From: Hemiscyllium ocellatum
Taxonomy: Eukaryota
DNA length: 64,000 nt
Direction: 5' to 3'
Assembly (NCBI RefSeq): GCF_020745735.1
Contig: NW_026867481.1
Coordinates: 62,001-126,000 of the forward strand
Part shown: positions 48,885 to 59,783 of the stretch, one piece after another
Layout: every line of letters starts with the position of its first letter
How positions within the stretch are numbered: the first letter of the stretch is position 1
Made by a program: the position numbers and the translations under genes
The notes under the pieces: generated by a model
What the model saw: only the letters and a program-made list of their open reading frames with translations
What the model was told of the DNA's origin: nothing
The model's database searches: none

Positions 48885-51800
48885 TTTTTTTAATATTTGA
48901 AAAGTTGCTCTCTGCTCTCTGATTGCCGGTCACAGGCATTACCTCTAACAGGCTCAGAGATGCGCCAATTTATAATGGTTGCAAGTCCACAGAGAGCCAA
49001 TTATGCTCTCTAAGCCTTTAGAGTTCTTTGAACAACAGACACTGCTTGCCACTTCCGATTTGGAAGACATGAAAACGTTGGGAAAAGTAGTCAAATCCTG
49101 ATGACTGATGCTGATGACCAGTGCATTTGTACTTCATCAAAATAGAAATGGTTTATGTCCAGTGGGACTTTGCTTCAGTGATACAAAAAAGGAATATCGT
49201 TGATCATGAAACCAGGCTAAGAACACTGTGATTACATTAAAACAGTGATGATGGTGATGAAAATGATGATTACATACTATTTAATGTACTTAAACAACAG
49301 AAGTTGTACTGATGCAACAGAGAACGTTTGCACACAATGGAACTCACATACATAGAAATGAAAGACAGAAGGTCTGAACTCACAATGATAATTATGGAAA
49401 ATAAATTGTAAATGGGGAAATTTCCAAACTAAATCTGGATAGAATCTCGGGCATTATAATAAAATATACGTGTTTGTAAGATATTAGAGGAGATGTAGGA
49501 GTGATTTTTCAAAATTTCTGAAACCGCAGCAGTGAAAAAAATCTCGAAAACGTTTCAAGTTAGGTCGATTCGTGTTCATATTTATAGCTGTCTGGGATGT
49601 TCGAAGCAGTGGAGTTCTCAGGAGCAAAGGTGGTGCTCGAGGGACCACCATGAGTTACTACAATGCACATTGTGCGTGGAACACGCTGCTCCTAAATGGC
49701 ATTCATGATGATTTGAACGTTTATAAAATATAGTGAATGGGGATCAATCATGTGGATTCCTCATTTTGGATCCTGCCAAGCTTCTTGAGTCGTGTTGGAC
49801 CTACGCTCAGCAGCCAAGCGGAGTGTTTTCAATCACAAAACTTTTTTTCTTGTTCGTGAAGGATGGTGGACAGAAAGTGTGAGCTGAAATAAAAAAGAAT
49901 TAATCGCCACATAATTTCAGGCTTCTGGCCAGCTTTTATAGCAATAATATCTTAATTGCTTCTCTTGTTAAATTTTCTGATTAGTGCTAACCCAAAATGT
50001 CAATAGTCATGGATTCTGCTATAGTAATGTCATTGAATGTCAAGGGGCAATTTTTAACTTCACTTGCTACTGATAGTCACTTCCAGGCACTTACGTGCCA
50101 CACAAATTATTTTACTTAACATTGCAAAGATGAATGTCAGCCTGATTTTGTTGCAAACAAGATTGACTGATTCAGTAACCGACGAGTTAGCAATGATATT
50201 GATCGTTAGATAAATATCAAAAAACATTTGCGCATCTAAGAATGTGATGGAGTGAGCATCCTTGAATAAGCAGCAGAAGAAGTTTTGATATTGAAGACTA
50301 CACTAAGGAACTTATGTGGTGATAGTGCTGTGCTTGAGATGAATGAGCTTCGAAATCCAACGTCCTCTCTGTTCCTACCAGTTATCCCTGAAATCACGAG
50401 ATATTAAATCAGTTTCATCTATTTTAGAGTTTTTGAAATACCGTCTGGCTATGAAGAGTAGTCACTCTCAGTTCACCTCTGGAGTTTACCTTTTATTCCT
50501 GTTTGGATCACCGCTGTAATGTGGCCAGCAGCTGAATGGATGTGGCATAACCAAATCTTCATAACGGTTTGCACGTTATTCTATTCCATGTGCTGTTTGG
50601 TGGGTACTGTTGGCGATGGCTTCCATCACTTTCAGAGAACATGGAAGGTGTCGTTGATTAGATTGCATTTTTCTCGAGTTTTCAGAATAGAACAATGCTA
50701 ACAAACTTTGTACATTCGTCCTTAGCATTCTTCTCTCTTGGATGGCAAGTAATATTCATGCCACACATGTGTGAGACATTACAAATCTGCAACAGCTGAT
50801 AATCTAATCATTATCCTTTAAATTTTGTGATCATCAGCATCCTTTAACTCCCCAACTGTTAAAATGCTGGTGGTAACAATTGACTGAATCTGAAATGTAC
50901 TCGCAATATTAACACTGCAGATAAAAACGAACCGTAACAAGAAATGAAGGCTAATCTGCAACAGAGACATCAGCGAATTACGGAACTGATAACTGCTCAA
51001 ATCCCTAAACCTTGCCCATGAGCTACAATACACAATTCAAGATGGTGATGCAACACCTCAGACTTGCCTGATGAATGCAGATCCCCATCATCTGGGACAG
51101 ACCACCTTGTGTGATGGGCATTTTTTTTAAGAAGCAATCACACCTTAAAATACAAATGCATGACAGAATTTACTACTTGGTGGAAGAACTATATTACGTG
51201 GTAAAGTATAATTGTGTTGTTTTTTGAGTGGATTCTGGTAAGCTGGTCAGCTGCCACAGGTGAGAAGTGACACGAAACCCTACCATTGTGCAGATTTTAA
51301 AGTTAACGTTCATTACCTCTTTCTATTATCATCAGTACAACCACAAGCATATTGAACTGAAAATCGTAGTTTTATAAGGAAAATCTTCGATTGCAGTATT
51401 CTGTTTCGTCAGAAGCCGAGCAGGCCTGGGTTTAAAAGCAGATATGGTCAACATCAAACCCACAAAGCAGGCTGCCGTCTGGGAAGTGGGTGTATTTTAC
51501 TTTGTATAACTTCATTTCAGACATCATTGTTTTTGTGAAGTAATTCAATGATCCATCTGATATCATGGAATCTCTTTCTCTCTCTCAAAAAAGAATCTAT
51601 GTGCAGACAATGTCTAGAATGCTAATACTTGAGGGAAAGGACTTCAGAGACAATTTTGAAAAAAAGGAGGTGATTTCATTGAAACAAATTCATTTATCAA
51701 GGGCTCCTTTCAGGGTAGAGGCTGTGGACGCTTGATAGTTTAACAATTGATTTTACAGAATAATTAAATCAGCTTTTGTGGAAAAATATTGTGGCGTGGA

Positions 51801-54341
51801 TGAATAAAGATGGATAATCATCCATGATCCCATTGAATATTGAAACACGCTCAAAACTTCGACTGACTGGAATAATCACAGTTTTTATGTTCGTAAAAAA
51901 TTAATTGACTATTCAACTGTCTCACGTAAAGGTCATCAGCTGCAAATTGCACCGATCTGAAATTCTTGGGTTGACTTGGCCTTTTGTTTTCATAGTAACA
52001 TGGAACCAGAAGGCGAATTCAATGAAATCTTTTAAATTATGAGCGGGTTCAATGAGATGGATGTGGAGCCATTTTCTTTTCATTTTAGGTCTCGAATAAA
52101 TAGGAACGACTCGCATGACAGAGCTTATGATGGAGAGCGTTTCTACACAGTATCACAACACGGTGCTGAACTCTTCTTTTTATTCGAGCAATTTCTAGAA
52201 AAGCTCACTACGCCTCGTAATCTGTTCAAATGTGAGTGACAGCGAACTTCCAATTTCCACTATTTAAAGAAAATAAATTGAACACTAAATAACAATTTTT
52301 CTAATCTCTAAGACTCGCTTCCACATAACTGCTTATTAACTGTCTCCAGTCTGTGATAATATGCTGTTCCAATAAGAGACTTACAAAAATATCAACAAGG
52401 TAATTTCAAAACCATGCAGCAGCTATCGTTTTCGGTTTCTGTCTCTTTCCAGCTGAAATATCCCTTCCTCATCTTCTTTCTTTTTACTGTGGGTAAGTTT
52501 CAAATGAAAGGTTATTTTGATAGAGAATGTTTCGAAATTCTTGGATCTGTGTTGATGGCACTTGCTTAATCTGATGTTCAAATGTCTGCCTTGTTACATT
52601 CCCTACAACAGACCACCTTTTTCATTCAAAATGTTGGCAAAACAATACATTCAAACCCAATTGCGTTTCAGTATCCTGAATCATAATTTAGATTGATTGA
52701 TTAAATTTGAATTTCTATCAAAACAGCAACCAACACAGATATCTATTTTGCAGCGAAATGTTGTATATTTTCAATTCTCCAGTACACTCTGAGACGGCTA
52801 ACTAGTCATATACACAGGTGCGTGTGAGCTCTTAAGATAGCACACTGTCTTATAGGAACAGTGCACACCTTCAACTTCATAACATGATAAACGCATGAAA
52901 GCAATAATCTCGTTGAAATGTGGAGTGAGTGGAGAATAAAAATTGAGTTCGAAGGAAGGAATATGGAGGCACACATATTTAAGAGCAATAGCTCACTATT
53001 GGTAGATTGGCTCCAGTGGAGAAGAAACGTGTGTGTCCTCAATCTGAATCTACCGTACTGTCCTAAGATCAAAGAGTGACGTTAAAGTAAAATTCAGACA
53101 AAGGTTCGCTCAGTGAACCCGGGAGAGAATCGTCCAATGGGTTGTTGGGAAGTTTGTTAAATTCCCGTTTATATAGGAAACATCCAAGTGGCGATAACAG
53201 GTATTAAATCATATTTCTTCGTTTGTAGCAGGTTCAAGATGTTTTCTCTCCTTTTAACATCAAAATGACAAGTAGGGAGATGTCCAATTTTGTTTTGGAA
53301 AATAGAACAGCAAGTTGTTCTGATCAGGAGCGCATAGCAGAATGACTCAAAAACAACTCGCAAACAGGAATTCGTAGAAAAGTAATGAAGCATTGAATTA
53401 TTCCAGGAACACCCGTAAATGACAGGGGAATGGTCACAATTTGAAAGTAAATTGGAAAAATCTGCAGGAAGATGATGGAGAATATCATGAGAGTCTGCCC
53501 TTTCTAATTCCTTAATTTTAATTGAATACTGTGGATAATACAAACATTTCAGAGATAGTTTAACAGTTAATTCTCCTTTTCACTGAGCCACTTGCTTTCA
53601 GAATTAGTTGATTGAGAGTAAAATCAGAGTATGTGTTTGTGTTTTCATGCATATTTGAAATCTGGAACCCACAGTCAAAATCCGAGCTCAATGCTCCTTC
53701 CTAGTTACGTTTTAATATGTGGTATGGAGCTGTCCTCTCGAACTGCTTCAATCTACTGAATGCAAGTACATCCAAAATTCAGTTCAGGAGTGATTTCCAG
53801 GATTTGACTGATCGGCAATAAAAGATTGAATCACCTTTATCAGTCAGGATGTTGTTGGAACTTACAGTTATTGATTCTTTCACGTTTCTACTTTCTCAGT
53901 GATATCACTATCCACAGAAAGATTCAATTGAGTGCAGCTTGGTCCAAGCTGAGAGCGGTCAAATGAAAATTGAATTGAATAATAAATAGACCGATCACAG
54001 AAGAGAAGATGGCCATTTGACTCGGCAAGCTTGCACTAACTGTCTGAAAGAGAATGTCATATGTATGGACGAAACAAGTTCTTGCACAGCTCCACTATAC
54101 CTTCACTGCTTTTTTAAATTACGCTACGATGAACTAACGCAATTGGCATGTATGCTTTACTAACTATAATTTTGAATGATCTCGCTGCCTCAGGAAACTG
54201 TGCAAAAGCATCCCAAGATACTCTGCTCAGCTCACTAGCGCCCGATAGTTTATGAAGAAATTATTGTTTTGTTACATCTTCCAAAATATGAGTTACATAT
54301 ATACACACAGACAGACTTTCTCCCTCTCTCTCTCCATCTGC

Positions 54342-54343
<2 letters not shown>

Positions 54344-54383
<40 letters not shown>
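54344..54383. repeat. (GT)20 microsatellite
   Basis: Counted directly. Confidence 0.97.
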
Positions 54384-54384
<1 letters not shown>

Positions 54385-54999
54385 GCCCTCTCGCTCTCTC
54401 TCTATTTTGACGGAATATAGTCTTTGCTGGCTATTTTATATTTACTGTCCATCCCTCATTACCCAGAAGACGTTTGTGTGTCATTGCCGTGAGTCTCGAG
54501 TTAAATGTAATGTTGAACATGTAAGGATTGAAAATGTCTTTCCCGAAACTGTATTATCAAATTTAGATTCGATTTGCACTGATTTGCCAATATGTTCATT
54601 TAGAAATCCTGGATTAGAAATCTCAAGTCTTTTTGCACTCTGAGTGATATGCCAGTGGACACCCAGCCTCCAGTCACACAAGCAACTTCCGAGGACTCAG
54701 CAAACATGGATACAAAATGCTCAGCGATCTCAGATTCCACATCCTTTTCACGTTTTTGTCAGTGTGTTGGGGATCAAGTGTGTTAGAATTTTATATGGAG
54801 CAGAATTTGTAAGGAGCATCCAGGTCAGATTTATAAAGCCGTATGTAAATACTGCAAACGGAAAGTTTAACTTGGTGTTGTCGAATGATCTTGGCCATTT
54901 GTTTGAAGTTGCAGTAGCGCATTAATTTGGGAATAGTGATCACAATAATGTAAGTTTTAGAATACTCATGAACAAAGATAAGAGTTGCCCTCAATAAAG

Positions 55000-57170
55000 A
55001 GTTTTATACTGGGGTAAGGCCAACTACAGAAAATTTCGGCAGGAGTTAGGGAATGTGGATTGTTATCAGCTAATGAAGGCAAATCTGTAGTTGATATGTG
55101 GGAGTCTTTTAAAGAGAGATTGGTTTTTAAACAGAGGACAGCTAAGTCCATGTGAAAAGGAAGGAGGAGATTTGGCAAGTTTAGGGAACCATGGATGACA
55201 GGTGAAATTATGATAATATGTGAGAGGAAGAAACAAAGCATGCATAATTTCCAGGTGACTGAAAACAGACGAATCTTTGGAAGGATATCAAAAAAGGTTC
55301 ACCAATCTGAACGGAGGTATTTGGGGGTAAAAAGGGGTCATAAAACATCTTCAGCTAACGGGATTAAGATAAATTCCAAAGCGTTCAGATGTAAGGAGCC
55401 AGTTGGTAATTAGAGAAAGGGCCGGCCCACTCAAGGGCAGAGGAGGAAAGTTATGCGCAGAGTCAAAGAAAAGGGATGTGATTCTTCCTGAGTTCTTTGT
55501 GGCGGTATTTTGTGAGGTGAGGCGCATGACATATGAGGTGAGGAATAGATATTTGATTATTCTAGGTCAAATCAGCATAGGAGGGAGGAAGTGTTGTGTG
55601 TTCAGGCAATAAGGTGGAAGAGTTACCAATTCAGGACGGGATACATCACAGGTTCAGTGAAGGAAATGTGAGAGGAAATATCTGGGGCCTTCACAGATAG
55701 TTGTGTAGCATCTTTGAGCACTGGTTATGTCCCAGAGGACTGGAGAATTGCAACTGTTGTCCCCGACTTTTGGAAGGGTGGCAGGGATAATCCAGATAAT
55801 TATAGATCAGAGAGCCTGACGTCAGTGGGATGGAAGCTGTTCGAGAAAACAGTGGGGGATGGAATAGAATCCCATTTGAAACAAAATGTGTTTATCAGTG
55901 ATAGGCAACATTGTTTTGTGCTGGGAAGATTATGTCTTACCTACTTAACAGAATTGTGCAAGGAACTGACATAGTTTATTGATGGAGGAAGGTCTATATA
56001 TGTCATATAGATGGACTTCATTAATGCGTTTGTTTAATACCCCATGGTACGCTGATAGTAAAAATGAAGTCGCAAGAGGTCTAGTGTGGAGTAGATAGAT
56101 AGCTGCGCAACACGACAAAGAAAGTAGTAGTGGAAAGGTGTTTCTCAAAATGAACACTTGTGAATAGTGATGTTCCACACGGGATCTGCATTGTGAACAC
56201 ATTTGTTGGTTGTATACATAAATGATCTGTGTGTAGGTACAAGTGGTCTGATTAATAAGGTTGCAGTGGGCACTACGATTGGTGGAGTATCGGATACTGA
56301 AGGAAACTGTCAAAATATGCAGCAAAATAGAGATAGATTGGAGAGTTGGATGGAAAAATGACAGATGGAGTTCAATGCGGTAAATGTAATGTGATGCATT
56401 TTAGCAGAGCCAATTCAAAACCGAAATATACTATAAATGGAAAAGCGTTGCGCAAAACTGATGTACAGAGAGATTTGGGAGTTCAGATTCTTTGTACACT
56501 GAAGGTGGCAACACAGGTCGATAGATTGGTTAACAAGGCATTCTGCATCCTTTCCTTCATCGGAAAGGGAATTCAGTATTAGAGTTGGCAGGTCATGTAA
56601 CACTTTTAACAAACTTTAGCAAGGCCTCATTTGGAATATTGTATATAGCTCTGGTTGACACAGGACTAAATGATGTATATGCTTTGTAGAGGGTTCCGAG
56701 AACGTTCCCTGTGATGTTGCCTCGTATCGGGAGCGCGAGCGATGAAGAGAGGTTGCACAGATTAGGATTACTGTCATGAGAACGATGGAGGTTGAGCGGG
56801 GGAATTGACTGAGGTCTACAAGATCATGAGAGGTGTTGACAGGGTGGACAGCAAGAAGCTTCTTTTCCTGAATGGGGGCATTCAGTTACCAGGTGTCACG
56901 AGTTCAATGTGAGAGGGGAAAAGTTGAAAGTAGATATGCGTGGAAAGGTCTGTGTGCAGTGGGTAGAAGGTGCCTGGAATGCGTTCTCAGGAGAGATGGG
57001 ACAGGCGGACATGATAGCGTCATTGATGACGTATCTAGACAGACACATGAATGGGTAGGAAGCAGAGGGATTCAGATCCTTAGAAATTAGAGACCAGGTT
57101 CTGATAGAGGATCTGGATTGACACAGGCTTGGAAGTTCGAAGGATTGTTCCTGTGGTGTAATTGTTTTTA
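55000..57170 (+). mobile_element. Decayed CR1 LINE
   Basis: PEDWRIATVVP..KGGRDNPDNYR, CGKCNVMHFSR, RDLGVQ fragments. Confidence 0.82.
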
Positions 57171-58399
57171 TTGTTGTTTTTTCTAAATAAATGGTTATGG
57201 TGCATTTGCGTGGGATAATCTTCTGAAAGTCAATGCAGTCTCGATAAACTGATTAGCTGCCTCTTTCGGCACCATAAATATTCTGGGATTCCAGACACCG
57301 AACTATTAACAAAATTGAGGCATTTTTCCAACTTAACCCGTGCCTGTGTCTTGTCGCAGAAACATATGTCATGTTTTACTGCATAAACTCATTTCCGAGA
57401 TTGGAAGATTTTTCATTCTTCTTTGTTGATGGCGATTGATTTTTAAAGTGCGGAGGGTTGCAACGAGGTGTGGATGTCTAGCACACCAGTCAAAGAAAAT
57501 AAACACTTCGCAGTAGCAGGATTGAAGGCTAGAGGAAGAAGACGAGTTAATTATAGTTACACAAATCACTGAATTATTCAAAGCCAATCACAAGCTTTAC
57601 TGCTCATTCTATAACTTCCACCTAAAAGGCAGGTATCCTGGCTGTAAAATTCTGCTGAATGAAAGTCCAGAAATGGAGAGTCATAATATAACAGATAATT
57701 GGTATCACTTATTTTAAATTTTGTCTCGAGACCCTGCGAATATGACCTCCTCTACGTTTTTTTTTAAAATACTGAGCAGAGGGCTACTTTTCAACTCTAT
57801 CGTGGTCAGTGGACACGCACCGAAGAGAGGAGGAAGATAACGTTAGGTCTGCAGATTCTGGAGATGACAGGGAAAAAGTGTGGTGCTGGAAAAGCACAGC
57901 AGGTCAGGCAGCATCTGACAAACAGGAGAGTCGACGTTTCTGGAATGAGACTTTCATCAGAAATGGAGAAGGCACAAGGGAGCTGAGAGACAAATGGAAG
58001 CAAGATGGGAGTGGGAGATGGGAGCTAGGATGGCGACAGGCACGTGAAATTTGGAGTTGATGGTGGTTGATCGTAACAGGGCATCGGGCAGACAGATGGG
58101 AAGGAAGATGAACGGACACCTTGCCACACACCACGCTCCCCATCAAGTTCCTGATGGAGTACTTACGCCTAAAATGTCGACTCTCCTGCTCTTCGGTTGC
58201 TGCCTGACGTGCTGTAGTTTTTTAGTGCCACTCATTAACTGGAGTGAAGCAGCCCCTCAAGTGGTTGCTCATTCCATTGATTTTGGAAACAGGAGACTGT
58301 TAATTGAGGATTCGATGCACCCATGTCAGTGGAGTGTGGGAGCTTGAACAAAACTCTTCGTGATGAATGTGACAAAGACAAAAATTACTTTGTTATTTA

Positions 58400-59690
58400 A
58401 CGTTCTCGAAGGTATGAATTCAATACACTGGATATCGATAGAGATATCGACTGTGGATTTGGGGTGCATAGATCTTTAAAATGCCACGAACAGGTAGAGA
58501 AAATAATAAAGGAAGCTTATGGAAGTTTGACACCTTTATGTTTTGATCACTGCATTATAAAGACATAAGAGCAATATTATAGTTATACAAACGCGACTTG
58601 AAGTACTGTTGAGCAGATTTCAGCAACACATTTTAGAAACGATATGTGACTCTGAGAGGGAGTACAATGGAGCTTTATATGAATGATTCGTGGACGTCAG
58701 GAGTTATGTCATGAGAAGACATTAAACAAATTATGCCTGTTTTCTCAAGAATTTGGAAGAGACTGGTGTGATTTGATCGAATTCTTCAAGATATGGAAGA
58801 AGAAAAGACAGGTTCGATGAAGATAAATTATTCCACTGGTTGAGGTTTCTATCACTCGGGACCACAGTCTTAGAATGAGAGTCAAACCATTCAGGAAAGG
58901 TGTCAGGAAGGTCTTAGACACACAACAGGTGTTTGAGAATTGAAACACACTTCGCAAATGGTAGCTGACGTTCAATTAGTTGGTCGTGCAAAAGTTGAGA
59001 TAGTTAAGTTATTCTTCAGGGAATATTTTAAGGGATATGAGCCAAGGGCTGGTAAATTGAATAGGTCCACACATCAGACACGAGATCCAAAAGACCATAA
59101 GACCATAATGCATAGGAGCAGAAATTATATTATTCTGACCTCTGAGTCTGCAATGCCACTTAATCATGGCTGTTAAGTTTTTCAAACCCATTCGCCCATT
59201 TTCTCTCCGTAAGGCTTAAGACCTTTGGCACTCATGAGCCTATGTATCACCATCTTAATTATTCTCACTGAACTGCCTCCACAGCCTTCTGTGGTAAAGA
59301 ATTGCTTGTCAGTTGGGGTTACGCTTAGGTTCTCTTCTGTCTGGCTGAAAGGCTTCTCCTGCTCTCTGTTCTAAGAGGTCTTCTCTTTATTCTAAGGTAA
59401 ACGGTCGGGTCCACACGTCTGCTCCCAGCGGAAACAACTTCCCAACATCTACTCTGTGCAGGGCATTCAGTGTTGTCTATGTTTCAATTAGATATCCCAT
59501 CATACGTCTAAACCTCCATCAAGTACAAACCCACATTCCTCAATCTTTCCTCATACGTGAAGCTGTAAATTCCTTGGAACATTCTCATAACACTTCTCCT
59601 GAGATATTGCGACGAAAAATGCGCACAATACTCCAAATGTGTTCGAGCCAGAGCCTTATCGAGGATGGTGGAACGAGCTCTGCGTGATAA
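58400..59690. mobile_element. Two CR1 3' remnants, tail-to-tail (+ then -)
   Basis: Plus-strand 'RKVLDTQQVFEN'-type 3' sequence, and minus-strand ARTHLEYCAHFS...FTYEERLR. Confidence 0.6.
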
Positions 59691-59783
59691 ATGGCACACT
59701 CCTTCGCCTATGCTCCTATGACAGAGATTTACACATACTGGTAGGCTGGGGATGGGAGAGAATCTGAAAGATTTCCTTGTATT

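Larger units (their letters stand above)
32329..53151. repeat. Segmental duplication unit 2
   Basis: Same order: GPCR-A, Gmr1-like element, CR1, V pseudogene, CR1/Penelope, GPCR-B. It carries an extra ~2 kb at about 49648-51643. Confidence 0.95.

Noticed and set aside
53169-53543. 124-aa hydrophobic minus ORF with faint GPCR TM-like words
   Set aside because: No diagnostic motif (DRY, NPxxY or class C signature) in a single frame.
57320-57560. Minus-strand SCYCEVFIFFDWCARHP...EKSSNL with a CACAGGC end
   Set aside because: Needs several assumed frameshifts, has no YYC and no nonamer. Only a frameshift-aware V-set search could rescue it.
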